A DNA stretch of 64,000 nucleotides from Chloroflexota bacterium (GCA_021325635.1 JAJPGV010000057.1:7238-71237); one strand, 5' to 3'. Shown: positions 46,064-55,317, numbered from the stretch's first letter. The notes: generated by a model not told the origin, from the letters alone. Program-made: numbers and translations.

Positions 46064-47520
46064 GCCGCAGCCTCCGCTCCCGGCGTGCCCTGCCCAAGCA
46101 AAGCGAATCGACCTGCGCGAGCCACTATCGGCGAGAAGGCACGCTCGGATGAGTATTTGTCGGTGGCTTGCCGGTAAGCGGATAGGTAGCCTTCCGCCAC
46201 CCGCGGCCAGGTCATGCCTCGGCCGAAGGCGTAGGCGCCGCGCTCCATCCGGTGCCTCCTATCCGGGTCCTCCAAGAGCCCGGCGAGTGCGTGAGCGAGT
46301 GCGTCAGGCTGGGGTTCGGACAGCAGGCCGAGCCCATTGCCCAACACTTCTTGTGCGTAAATGGATGGCGTAGCGATGATGGCTCGACCGCAGCCAAGCC
46401 CATAGGCAATGGTGCCGCTCACGATCTGATCGCGGTTCAAGTAGGGCACGAGGTAGACGTCGCTGGACAGCAGGTGAATCACCAGCTGTTCGTAGGGCAG
46501 ATAGCGGTTTTCGAAGCGTACATGGTCCGTCAGCCCAAGCTGGCGAACCCGCTCCTGAAGCTCTTCGCGGTAGCTCTCGCCTTCATGTGCGCGAACCGCC
46601 GGATGGGTCTCTCCGGCTACGACGTACAGCAGATCCGGGAAGCGGGACACCAGCTGCGCCAGCGCGTCGATGGCGTGTTCGATGCCCTTGCCGCGGCTCA
46701 TCAGCCCGCAGGTCGTTACGACTGTGCGGTTGGCATAGCCTAGGGCGCGTTTCGATTCGGATTGAGACATGAGCGGCACGTCCGGAACGCCGTGCGGCAC
46801 GAAGCGCAGCAGGCCGCGGTCGATAGCGTAGTCGCGTTCGAGAATGTCGATGGCGGCGCGCGCGAGCACCACCGTGCTGGCGCTGCACTGAATCAGCTCC
46901 CGAGTGACGCTTCGCAAGGTTGCGCTTGGGTGTGGCAGGACGGTGTGGAGCGTCAGCACGACTGGGGCTTTGACCCGATCGAGGAAGCGAAAAAGGAGCG
47001 AGCCCCATTCCCCACCGAACAGGCCGTATTCGTGCTGGACGTTTACAATCCGGCAGCGGCTGAGGTTCACAAAGTCGGCTGCAATCTCGTAGGATGCAGG
47101 CACGTCGCGGTGAATGATCGAACGCACCGCTTGCGGGTAGTCGTGTACACCCCCGGGTTCGTTTATGGCTATGACGAATGTCGGGCTAGCTGGATCGGCC
47201 TGCGCAAGGGCGGCTCTCGTGTCGCGAGTGAAGGTTGCGATGCCGCACTCGCGTGGGGGATAGCTGCCGACGAAGCAGCACTCTGGCGGCGGCGACTCAA
47301 TCCCAGCTCCTGGCTGGGCAAGCGCATCCACCACACGGACGTCCTCTCTGACTGGCTGCTGGCGCTCCTGGCTGAGGCTGAGCAAGGTCAATCTCCTGTT
47401 GTTTGGGGAGCCGATATGCACGTACCGGACTGCGACTAATGTGCTGTGTGAGCCGTGAACAGCGCATAACAGCGGACGTACAACGGGAGAAAGATCAGTC
47501 GAAGAACGCCTTGCCGGCAT
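46057..47520 (-). CDS. Glycosyltransferase family 4 (true start probably downstream)
   Basis: FVGSYPPRECGIATFT, QHEYGLFGG, TLHTV, GKGIEHAI and SGTIAYGLGCG motifs. Confidence 0.87.
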   Translation of the reverse strand: MPARRSSTDLSPVVRPLLCAVHGSHSTLVAVRYVHIGSPNNRRLTLLSLSQERQQPVREDVRVVDALAQPGAGIESPPPECCFVGSYPPRECGIATFTRDTRAALAQADPASPTFVIAINEPGGVHDYPQAVRSIIHRDVPASYEIAADFVNLSRCRIVNVQHEYGLFGGEWGSLLFRFLDRVKAPVVLTLHTVLPHPSATLRSVTRELIQCSASTVVLARAAIDILERDYAIDRGLLRFVPHGVPDVPLMSQSESKRALGYANRTVVTTCGLMSRGKGIEHAIDALAQLVSRFPDLLYVVAGETHPAVRAHEGESYREELQERVRQLGLTDHVRFENRYLPYEQLVIHLLSSDVYLVPYLNRDQIVSGTIAYGLGCGRAIIATPSIYAQEVLGNGLGLLSEPQPDALAHALAGLLEDPDRRHRMERGAYAFGRGMTWPRVAEGYLSAYRQATDKYSSERAFSPIVARAGRFALLGQGTPGAEAAAC

Positions 47521-48754
47521 TCAGCAGACGCTTCGGATCCTGCAGGTTCCGAAACTCCCGCAGTCGCTGCAGACGCTCGGAGCCGAGCTCAGCCTCCGCC
47601 TCGGCGGGGAAGAACAGGCCGGTGGAGTAGCTGCTGCCGCCTACCTGCTGAGCGAGGCCTATCAAGCGAGAGGCGAGATCGAGGTTCTCCGACGCCGAGA
47701 AGGGCCGTGACGTCAGGATGAAGCGGACAACCAGCGTGCTGCCGCCGGCCACCAGCACGCCCTCGAATCCAACGTGTTGGCGTGCCTCCGGAGGGATGGC
47801 TTCGAGCATCGCGCCAAGATGACCGGCTGGGAGCATGAACTGCATAGGGATGGCTGTCGTTCGGAGAACTTGAACCGTCATCAGACGGTCAATCCACCTG
47901 TCCGGATCACCGCCCTGATGCGTGACCGAGCCTCCCGCATCGCCGATGGCACTAGCCAAGAGGGCGAGGTCATCGGCGCCGGCGTCCGTCAGGAACAGCG
48001 CCGTATAGCGATCCTCAGGCAGCCGCGGCTCCCTGGGTCCACCCACCATGCTGCGCATCGCGCTGGCGGCCGGATCGATGAAGCTGACTGACCAGATGCG
48101 CAGCGGGAGGGTTGCACAGCTGGCGAAGCAGGCCTCGAGCTGGTCGCTGTGGGCGAACGAGCCCAGGACAGGGCTCATGGGGGTCCAAGGCTGCAAGCGG
48201 AGCGTGAGGCGTGACAGGAGGCCCGTCCTTCCTTCTGCCCCGACCACCAAGTCCAGCTCGCTTTCGCCAAGGTCTTTCGCCTGGCCCCGGGCATCGATCA
48301 CTCGGACGTTGTCAATCGACTCCCCAATGGAGCCGAACTGGTAGCTGCCTATGCCTACGCCTCCCTGTGCTACGAAGCCGCCGATGGTGGAAAATCCACG
48401 GCTGCTTGGATAGACCCGGGGCATGAGCCGGTCGATGAGGAGCCCATCGATCAGGTCTTGCCACAGCACGCCAGGCTCGACGGTGACCAGCCGCGCCACG
48501 GGATCGATCGCCAGAATTCTGTTGAAATGGGCGAAGCTGACGACCAGTCCGGCAGACGCCACCGATCCTCCGTAGGGGCTGGTGCCCGATCCTTTCGGAA
48601 CGATGTGAACTCCCGCCTCGGCAGCGGTAGCGACGATCGTTGCCAGCTCTGTTTCAGTGGCAGGTTGGGCAACGCCAATGAGCGGGCCGCTTTCGGAGGG
48701 GCGGAAATCGGGCCCCAGCAGTGACCGCAGCTCTTGCCGCAGAACGGTTGGCAT
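47495..48754 (-). CDS. FAD-binding oxidoreductase (GlcD/D-lactate dehydrogenase-like)
   Basis: PKGSGTSPYGG, VEPGVLW, TIGGFVAQGG, GAEGRTGL and DPKRLLNAGK motifs. Confidence 0.85.
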   Translation of the reverse strand: MPTVLRQELRSLLGPDFRPSESGPLIGVAQPATETELATIVATAAEAGVHIVPKGSGTSPYGGSVASAGLVVSFAHFNRILAIDPVARLVTVEPGVLWQDLIDGLLIDRLMPRVYPSSRGFSTIGGFVAQGGVGIGSYQFGSIGESIDNVRVIDARGQAKDLGESELDLVVGAEGRTGLLSRLTLRLQPWTPMSPVLGSFAHSDQLEACFASCATLPLRIWSVSFIDPAASAMRSMVGGPREPRLPEDRYTALFLTDAGADDLALLASAIGDAGGSVTHQGGDPDRWIDRLMTVQVLRTTAIPMQFMLPAGHLGAMLEAIPPEARQHVGFEGVLVAGGSTLVVRFILTSRPFSASENLDLASRLIGLAQQVGGSSYSTGLFFPAEAEAELGSERLQRLREFRNLQDPKRLLNAGKAFFD

Positions 48755-48757
48755 GGT

Positions 48758-49975
48758 TCAGGCCCCCCATCCCGACGCTGAAGCGGTGTTCAACGCATGG
48801 GCCTTCGCCGGCTGGCCACCGTTGCTAACGTCCAGGACGTTCGGAAGGTGCAGCGTGGCGACGCCGATCTTTCGATCGCCGATGCCGAAATACACGTCCA
48901 CACGCTCAGGTTGCCCGAGATCGAGGCGCTGGTCCAGGGCCGTGGGGAAGACCACGTTCAAGGCGCCGAAATGGGCATCCGGAGTGGTCGGCCTCAAGAT
49001 AGGGCGGCTGCTTCTGAAGCGGATGTGCTCCGGGAGTTCGGGGTCCAAGATGACTGCACCGGCTGAGTAGCGTGCGCGGCCCTTGGGCACTTCCTGTCCG
49101 GCCACGCCGTGATAGATGACGAGCCAGCCGTGTGGTGTTGGCAGCGGCGGCGCCCCACCGCCGACCTTCAAGCGCTCCCAAGAGGCTCGGGGTGACAGCA
49201 GCCGGCGGTGCGAGCGGTACTCGGTGAGGTCGTCGACCGAGCGCGGATTGTCGCAGTACGAGATCCACATGCTGGGGTGCCGCGCCCGCGAAGGACGGAT
49301 GCGCCAGGCGCGATCGATCGGCCCCGGAGGCTCGGGTTGGAGCGCTCGTGCCAGGGCTGTAGGTGATTCCATGAGGAACGGCCGGTGAATGAGGGCGACC
49401 GCCGGCTGCCCCGTTCGCGGGTTCGTGATCAGAGACGGGAACAGCAGCGCATCCTTGTTGTCCGCGCTGTCGAGATCGAGGTGAGCGGCAAACGAGAATC
49501 GGGCTAAGCCCAGCCGCTGCCAATGCACCAGGTCTTCGGAGACGGCCAGGGCTATTCGCGGACCGAACGACGAAAAGGCGGTGTAGGTCATGACATACCG
49601 GCCGAACGGCTCGAGGTAGGTGATGCGGGGGTCTTCACAGCCGCCACCGGTGAAGGGGTTCTTTTCGTAGGGCTCCGACGGTTCCAGGGCAATGCCCATT
49701 CGCTCGATGGATGTCGGCTCGCCGTCCGCGTCGAAACGCACTCGGGCGAGGCCAATGCGGGAGTAATTGCCGCGTGCGACGAGCCGGGGAAAGAGGTAGA
49801 GGCTGCCCTCCGGACTTCGAATTGCCGCCGGGTTGAGGACACCTTCGACCTCGACCGGGTTCAGGAGATCGGGTTCCATGATCACGCGTGCGTGATCGAG
49901 CGCGAATGGCTGGGCGCGTTTGAACGAGCCTCTGTGCCGCTGCGCAACAACCATGCGGCGTGCTGCCGGGGACAT
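48758..49975 (-). CDS. GH130-like glycosidase/phosphorylase
   Basis: EGVLNPAA, GCEDPRIT, NKDALLFP, KVGGGAPP and NVVFPT motifs. Confidence 0.85.
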   Translation of the reverse strand: MSPAARRMVVAQRHRGSFKRAQPFALDHARVIMEPDLLNPVEVEGVLNPAAIRSPEGSLYLFPRLVARGNYSRIGLARVRFDADGEPTSIERMGIALEPSEPYEKNPFTGGGCEDPRITYLEPFGRYVMTYTAFSSFGPRIALAVSEDLVHWQRLGLARFSFAAHLDLDSADNKDALLFPSLITNPRTGQPAVALIHRPFLMESPTALARALQPEPPGPIDRAWRIRPSRARHPSMWISYCDNPRSVDDLTEYRSHRRLLSPRASWERLKVGGGAPPLPTPHGWLVIYHGVAGQEVPKGRARYSAGAVILDPELPEHIRFRSSRPILRPTTPDAHFGALNVVFPTALDQRLDLGQPERVDVYFGIGDRKIGVATLHLPNVLDVSNGGQPAKAHALNTASASGWGA

Positions 49976-49982
49976 GCAAGCG

Positions 49983-50156
49983 CTATGCGCGCTTTTGATG
50001 CTGGTGTCCCTCGTAACGCGCCAGGAAGAATGCTCCGGCTATGAACAGCACCGTCACTGCGACGATGAGTGCACTGCCAACTGCGTTGTTGGTAAAGGAG
50101 GCGCCAACGGATGCCGCGAAAGCGCCCCAGGATTCAGCATCGACGAATCTGCTCAT
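49983..50156 (-). CDS. 57-aa single-TM small protein (not in ORF track)
   Basis: MSRFVDAESWGAFAASVGASFTNNAVGSALIVAVTVLFIAGAFFLARYEGHQHQKRA; GAGGTGA RBS. Confidence 0.6.
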   Translation of the reverse strand: MSRFVDAESWGAFAASVGASFTNNAVGSALIVAVTVLFIAGAFFLARYEGHQHQKRA

Positions 50157-50281
50157 CTCTTCTCACCTCGATCTGACTTTAGATGGAAGCGAGCTAAAAG
50201 CCTGTAAACAGCGCGCATCAGCCGGGTAAACGTCCGGCACAAGGCGAGACGGGGAGCGACGCTCTTTGGAGGGGCCCGGCC

Positions 50282-51217
50282 TCAGCGGCCGGCGTTGGCC
50301 TCCAACCAGCGCTCGGCGTCGATAGCGGCTTTGCAGCCGTCTCCGGCGGCAGTGACGGCCTGACGGTACACGTGATCGCGAACGTCTCCCGCGGCGAAGA
50401 CCCCGGGGATGTTGGTGTACGTGGAGCTGGGATCCGGTGAGGCGATGTAGCCCTTCTCGTCCAGCTCGATCTGGCCTTTGAACAGCTTGGTGTTGGGCTC
50501 ATGGCCAATGGCTACGAAGGCGCCGCCAAACGGCTGAACGCTTTCGCGCCCGGTGTTCACTTCTTTCAGGCGGAGGCTCTCCAGCTTCCCATTGCCCACG
50601 AATTCCACAACCTCAGCGTTCCAGCGGAATTTGATCTTGGGATTCTCCTGCGCGCGCTGCTGCATCGCCTTGGAGGCGCGCAGTTGGTCTCGGCGGTGGA
50701 TCAGCGTGACGGAAGTGGCGAAGCGCGTGAGAAAGGTGGCCTCTTCGAGGGCAGTATCGCCGCCACCGATGACGGCCAGCTCCTGGCCTTTGAAAAAGAA
50801 GCCGTCGCAGGTGGCGCAGCCGGAAACTCCATGTCCCGTCAGCTCCTGCTCACCCGGAACGCCCAGCCATTTGGCCTGCGCACCCGTGGCGATGATCACG
50901 GTCTTGCCCAGATAGCTCTTGCCAGCCGACATGACCCTGAATGGCCGCGATCCGAAATCGACTTCTTCGACGTCGGCTGGGATGACCTCGGCGCCGAAGC
51001 GCTCGGCTTGCCGCTTGAACAGCTCCATCAGCTCGGGGCCCATGATGCCGTCGACGAATCCGGGATAATTCTCCACATCCGTGGTGATCATGAGCTGGCC
51101 GCCAGAGAGATAGCCGGCCAAAACGAGTGGCTTGAGGTTTGCCCGTGAGGTGTACAAAGCGGCCGTGTATCCGGCCGGCCCGGATCCGATGATGATGACT
51201 TCTCGAACGTCGTCCAT
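50282..51217 (-). CDS. trxB: Thioredoxin-disulfide reductase
   Basis: IIGSGPAGYTAA, GGQL, CATCDG, IGGGDTALEEA and FAAGDV motifs. Confidence 0.95.
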   Translation of the reverse strand: MDDVREVIIIGSGPAGYTAALYTSRANLKPLVLAGYLSGGQLMITTDVENYPGFVDGIMGPELMELFKRQAERFGAEVIPADVEEVDFGSRPFRVMSAGKSYLGKTVIIATGAQAKWLGVPGEQELTGHGVSGCATCDGFFFKGQELAVIGGGDTALEEATFLTRFATSVTLIHRRDQLRASKAMQQRAQENPKIKFRWNAEVVEFVGNGKLESLRLKEVNTGRESVQPFGGAFVAIGHEPNTKLFKGQIELDEKGYIASPDPSSTYTNIPGVFAAGDVRDHVYRQAVTAAGDGCKAAIDAERWLEANAGR

Positions 51218-51256
51218 TACTACACTTTCAATAGCATTTACGGACAGGTAACGCAA

Positions 51257-51655
51257 ATGGCTTCGAGAACAATTCTACGTGGCCTGGTCGCACTGCTCGG
51301 CGTGGGTTCGATCGTCTTCGGTATCGTGCCGGCGATAGCCCCGCGGCGCTTCGTCGTGATGTTCGGCCTGCCGGCGCTGGATAGGCCGGCGGGCAGCATC
51401 GCGATTCGTTCGGTGGGCGTGCGCGACGCGGTCATCGGCGCCGGCATGCTGGCAAGCCTTGGAGAACCATCTCGAAACTCAACCTGGCTCGCGGCACGGG
51501 CGCTGTCGGACTCCGGCGATGCCATGAGCTGCCTCGTGGCCCTGTTTCAGGATCCGCGCAACGTTCGGCTGTGGCTGCTGGCTGCCATCGCCGCGGCGGC
51601 CGCGGTCTTTGGCTGGGGCCTGTTGAAACAGCTTCACTCCCTCGACGAGCGCTGA
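51257..51655 (+). CDS. Small multi-TM protein (DUF4267-like)
   Basis: RSVGVRDAVIG and DSGD motifs, four hydrophobic segments. Confidence 0.65.
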   Translation: MASRTILRGLVALLGVGSIVFGIVPAIAPRRFVVMFGLPALDRPAGSIAIRSVGVRDAVIGAGMLASLGEPSRNSTWLAARALSDSGDAMSCLVALFQDPRNVRLWLLAAIAAAAAVFGWGLLKQLHSLDER

Positions 51656-51663
51656 ACAGGGAA

Positions 51664-51697
51664 GAAGAACGGCCCCCGCAACCGGGGGCCGTTCTTC
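51664..51697. terminator. Hairpin between convergent genes; probable bidirectional terminator
   Basis: Perfect 14-bp inverted repeat GAAGAACGGCCCCC-N6-GGGGGCCGTTCTTC. Confidence 0.75.
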
Positions 51698-51725
51698 GCC
51701 TTGGAGGGTGGGGTAGGCGGGTCTG

Positions 51726-52460
51726 CTAGGCAGAAGGAGAAGCGGAGGGTGAGGAGCCGGCCGATGCTGACGGGCGCGGGCCGCGCGCAAAGCCTCGTCC
51801 AGGCGTGGGTGGGAAGTTGCCCGAGGTGATGCGATTCAAGATGTTGGTCTCCTGTTGCTGCGTCAGCTTGCCGGCCTGCACGGCCTGGTCGAGCTGCGGC
51901 TTGACCGCGTTGGTGATGGCGGCCTGGACCTTGGAGAAGTCCACGTTCTGCGCCGCGGCCACGTCTTTCAGCGACTTACCCGAGCGGAGCTGTGTCCGGA
52001 GGTCGGCCGGCTGCATGTTCAACGCGCCCGCGGCGGCGTTCAGGACTGCCGCCCCATTTGGTCGGGCGCCGGGCCGGGCGCCATTGGGCCTCGGGCCACC
52101 CGGACCGCGGCCGAAGGCTCCGGGAAAGCCGCCCTGGCCGTTGTCGATGCGTTGGTCGATTTTGTCGGCTTGGGCCTGGGTGAGCCTGCCGGCGGATACC
52201 GCGTCGGCAACGGCGTCCTTGGACGCGGTCTTGATCGCGGTCTGGACCTGGTCTTGGCTGATGCCCAGCCGCTGCGCTAGGTGCTGCAGGAACGAGGACC
52301 TGCCGTTGAAGCCCGAGCCGGCCGCGGATGAAGTCGCACTGGGTGATGGCGACGCACCCGAAGACTGCGCTTGAGCGAAGGCTGTTCCGGCGTAAATGCT
52401 GCCGGCCGCCAGCACCGCTGCTAGCCCACTGCTGATGGCGATGTTCCTGTTGATGTGCAC
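51726..52460 (-). CDS. Secreted helical-repeat hypothetical protein
   Basis: Signal peptide; two repeats of A..LG/N......V..GKLTQ.Q.D/T.I...I..G. Confidence 0.7.
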   Translation of the reverse strand: MHINRNIAISSGLAAVLAAGSIYAGTAFAQAQSSGASPSPSATSSAAGSGFNGRSSFLQHLAQRLGISQDQVQTAIKTASKDAVADAVSAGRLTQAQADKIDQRIDNGQGGFPGAFGRGPGGPRPNGARPGARPNGAAVLNAAAGALNMQPADLRTQLRSGKSLKDVAAAQNVDFSKVQAAITNAVKPQLDQAVQAGKLTQQQETNILNRITSGNFPPTPGRGFARGPRPSASAGSSPSASPSA

Positions 52461-52508
52461 TGCGAATGACCCCTAACGGATGAAGTAGCTTATGTATAGG
52501 GAACGCAG

Positions 52509-52525
52509 CTAAGAGTGAGCTGAGA
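52509..52525 (-). promoter_or_regulatory. Direct repeat TCTCAG-N5-TCTTAG; candidate OmpR/MprA-like binding site
   Basis: Tandem hexamers with 11-bp period, 49-65 nt upstream of the secreted protein start. Confidence 0.4.
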
Positions 52526-52541
52526 GTAGGGTGAAGATCGC

Positions 52542-54122
52542 TTAAGAAACAGCCGGCGCTAGGATCTTCCCACCCGTCAGGATGAACTCAAGGCTGTCGG
52601 TTAGGGCGCGGCAGCTGGCCTCGATGATGTTCTCGGAGCTGCCGACCGTCGTCCAGGTCTCGCCGTTGCGTTCGGATTCGAGCATTACGCGCACGCGAGC
52701 GGCGGTCCCATGGGAGCCCTCCAACACCCGGACCTTGTAGTCCGCCAGCGAGATCTCCGCCAGCTCCGGGTAGAAGTTCAGCAAGGCCTTGCGCATGGCG
52801 ACGTCGAGGGCGTTCACAGGGCCATTGCCCTCGGCTGCGGTGTGGAACAGCTCGTCGCCAACGCGCACTTTGACCGTGGCTTCGGCCACGGCGGGACCCC
52901 CATTTCGACGCTGGGAGTTGGCGGAGAAAGCAATCAGCTCGAACGGCGCGCGGTAATCCGGCTGCGACTTGCGCAGCAGCAGCTGGAACGATGCTTCCGC
53001 GCCCTCGAATTGATAACCCTGGCTCTCCAGATCCTTGATCTCGTCGACGACGGCCTGCGCCTGCTCTCGTCCGCCGTCCAGGTCGAGTCCGTACTCGGCC
53101 GCCTTGTAGTGGATGTTGCCGCGGCCGGACAGCTCCGACACGAGGACGCGCTTCTCATTCCCCACCAGCAGCGGGTTGATGTGCTGGTAGGCGTCATCCG
53201 ATTTGAGGATGGCGCTCACGTGCAGGCCGGCCTTGTGGGCGAAGGCGCTCCGGCCCACGTACGGCAGGTGAGCATCCGGCGGCAGATTAGCGATCTCGGC
53301 GACCGATCGCGCTACGTCGGTCAGGCTGGCCAGCTGTTCGTCGCTCACGACGTGGTGGCCCAGCTTGAGCTGCAGGTTTGGCAGGATCGAGCACAGGTTG
53401 GCGTTACCGCAGCGTTCCCCATAGCCGTTGATCGTCCCCTGGACGTGCGTCGCTCCGGCTTCAACCGCGGCCAGGCTGTTGGCCACGGCCAGCTCGCAGT
53501 CATTGTGAGCATGCATGCCGATGCGGGTGCCGGGCACCGTGGCAACTGCCTGGCGGACGATGTCGAAGACGTCCTTGGGCAGCGTTCCGCCATTGGTGTC
53601 GCACAGCACGATGCAGTCGACGCCCGAAGCCGCGGCCACGCGCAGGCACTGTTTGGAGTACTCGGGATCGGCCTTGAAACCATCGAAGAAGTGCTCGGCG
53701 TCGTAGAACGTCTGCCGGCCCTTGCCCTTTAAGTAGGCGATGGATTCGCCGACCATCTCGAGGTTCTCGTCGGGCGTCGTGCCCAGGACGTCGCGAACCT
53801 GCCAGGCGGAGCTCTTGCCGACGATGCACAGCACCCCTGCGCCGGATTCGATCAAGTAGGCCAGGGTCGGGTCGCTTTCGGCAGACCCATGCGCCTTTCT
53901 GGTGCTGCCGAAGGCGACCAGGCGCGCATGCTTCAGATTGAGGCCGGACGCCTGTTGGAAGAACTCCACGTCCTTGGGATTCGCTCCGGGCCAGCCACCT
54001 TCGATGTAGTGGATGCCGAGCTGATCGATCTTGCGCGCGATCTCCAGCTTGTCGCGCACAGACAATGAGATGCCCTCACGCTGGGTCCCGTCTCGCAGCG
54101 TGGTGTCGTACAGCTCTAACAT
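52542..54122 (-). CDS. cimA: Citramalate synthase
   Basis: YDTTLRDGTQREG, IEGGWPGANPKD, YDAEHFFDG, LCDTNGG, HAHND and AFAHKAGLH motifs. Confidence 0.92.
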   Translation of the reverse strand: MLELYDTTLRDGTQREGISLSVRDKLEIARKIDQLGIHYIEGGWPGANPKDVEFFQQASGLNLKHARLVAFGSTRKAHGSAESDPTLAYLIESGAGVLCIVGKSSAWQVRDVLGTTPDENLEMVGESIAYLKGKGRQTFYDAEHFFDGFKADPEYSKQCLRVAAASGVDCIVLCDTNGGTLPKDVFDIVRQAVATVPGTRIGMHAHNDCELAVANSLAAVEAGATHVQGTINGYGERCGNANLCSILPNLQLKLGHHVVSDEQLASLTDVARSVAEIANLPPDAHLPYVGRSAFAHKAGLHVSAILKSDDAYQHINPLLVGNEKRVLVSELSGRGNIHYKAAEYGLDLDGGREQAQAVVDEIKDLESQGYQFEGAEASFQLLLRKSQPDYRAPFELIAFSANSQRRNGGPAVAEATVKVRVGDELFHTAAEGNGPVNALDVAMRKALLNFYPELAEISLADYKVRVLEGSHGTAARVRVMLESERNGETWTTVGSSENIIEASCRALTDSLEFILTGGKILAPAVS

Positions 54123-54156
54123 CCTTTGTCGCTCCTCACTTCGGTAAAGCCCGACT

Positions 54157-54184
54157 AAAAAACCCCTCGCCAGGGCGAGGGGTT
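54157..54184 (-). terminator. Attenuator terminator upstream of cimA
   Basis: Minus strand AACCCCTCGC-CCTG-GCGAGGGGTT followed by a T run. Confidence 0.85.
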
Positions 54185-54212
54185 GTGTCTACCGTTGACC
54201 GGACAGCGCGGG

Positions 54213-54269
54213 TCAGCTCGGCGGGTAACCCCCGAGCTGAATAATCATGATGCCAGTCCGGCCAGCCAT
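54213..54269 (-). CDS. Putative Ile-rich leader peptide MAGRTGIMIIQLGGYPPS
   Basis: 18-codon ORF with ATC-ATG-ATT-ATT, followed by hairpins and a terminator before cimA. Confidence 0.75.
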   Translation of the reverse strand: MAGRTGIMIIQLGGYPPS

Positions 54270-54328
54270 GTTGGTCTAAAGATACAAGCGGCGCGTTGAA
54301 ATGTCCAGCGGAACGCCGAAGGGGCTAG

Positions 54329-54517
54329 TCAGCTTTGGACTTCGAACTGCAGGTACTTGGAGTGGCCGAGGCTCTCGACCCAGCCGTCGAACGTTTTCTC
54401 AGGCGCGAGCGCTACGAGGTTCGCTCCTCGTCCCTCGCCTTTGACCTTGCCGTCGTCGCCTTCGATCAGGGCACCGGCTTCGCTGCCATCCATGAGCTTA
54501 AGAGCAATCTTGCGCAT
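54329..54517 (-). CDS. Small hypothetical protein
   Basis: [20 protein letters not shown]...; protein-like composition between the cimA leader and rpmH. Confidence 0.45.
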   Translation of the reverse strand: MRKIALKLMDGSEAGALIEGDDGKVKGEGRGANLVALAPEKTFDGWVESLGHSKYLQFEVQS

Positions 54518-54564
54518 ACGAGAAGCATAAGGAAAGCAGCCATGCCGGCGCAACCATCATCCCC

Positions 54565-54573
54565 TGCTACACT
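54565..54573 (+). promoter_or_regulatory. Extended -10 (TG-C-TACACT) just upstream of rpmH; near-leaderless transcript
   Basis: TGCTACACT ends 9 nt before the GTG start; no SD sequence visible. Confidence 0.45.
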
Positions 54574-54582
54574 CTTCCCGTT

Positions 54583-54717
54583 GTGAAGAGGACCTGGCAG
54601 CCGAAGCGCATTCCGCGCAAGCGGAAACACGGCTTCTTGCACCGCATGTCGACGAAGGACGGCCGCAACGTGCTGGCGGCTCGTCGCGCCAAGGGCCGGC
54701 AGCGCCTCACCGTCTAG
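54583..54717 (+). CDS. rpmH: 50S ribosomal protein L34 (not in ORF track)
   Basis: [44 protein letters not shown]. Confidence 0.96.
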   Translation: MKRTWQPKRIPRKRKHGFLHRMSTKDGRNVLAARRAKGRQRLTV

Positions 54718-54757
54718 GGCCGGCGCGCGGTTCCTCCTGGTTGCACTGGACCGCCAG

Positions 54758-55111
54758 CTGCTAGCCCGCGACTACCGAATCAGACGGAAGGCCGACTTCG
54801 ACAACATTTTCCGCACCACCCAGCCTCTCTACCATGCGCTGCTGGCGCTGCGGGCTGCGCCCAACCAGCTCGGCCACAGCCGGGCCGGCATCGTCTGCGG
54901 CCGCCAGGTGGGAGGCGCGGTCGTTCGCAACCGAGCCAGGCGCCGTCTACGCGAAGCGCTTCGGACGGTGCTGCCGGTGGTGCCGCCAGGCTGGGATATA
55001 CTGCTAGTCATACGTCCCGCGGCTGGTGAGGCAACTGTGGGGCAATTCCTTAACGCACTGGATGAATTGCTGCGTCGGCGCGGTCTCGCCGCCGAGGCTC
55101 GAAACGAATGA
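54758..55111 (+). CDS. rnpA: Ribonuclease P protein component (inferred CTG start)
   Basis: [18 protein letters not shown]...[25 protein letters not shown] (RNR motif). Confidence 0.88.
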   Translation: MLARDYRIRRKADFDNIFRTTQPLYHALLALRAAPNQLGHSRAGIVCGRQVGGAVVRNRARRRLREALRTVLPVVPPGWDILLVIRPAAGEATVGQFLNALDELLRRRGLAAEARNE

Positions 55112-55317
55112 AATACCTGGCGCTGTGGTCTATCAGGCTGTACCAGCTGACGCTGTCTAACCTATTTCCTTCTACCTGCCGTTTCGAGCCCAGCTGCTCG
55201 CATTACGCGTCCGAGGCCATTGCCCGGTACGGGATCGTGCGAGGTGGATGGCTGGCATTGCGCCGCCTCGGCCGCTGCCATCCGTTCAACCCAGGCGGTT
55301 ACGACCCCGTTGTGTAG
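55108..55317 (+). CDS. yidD: Membrane protein insertion efficiency factor
   Basis: IRLYQ...[10 protein letters not shown]...[17 protein letters not shown]. Confidence 0.95.
   Translation: MKYLALWSIRLYQLTLSNLFPSTCRFEPSCSHYASEAIARYGIVRGGWLALRRLGRCHPFNPGGYDPVV

Noticed and set aside
45083-46177. 364-aa plus-strand ORF
   Set aside because: It is exactly antisense to the sigma-70 gene, a familiar artefact of conserved rpoD-like codon usage.
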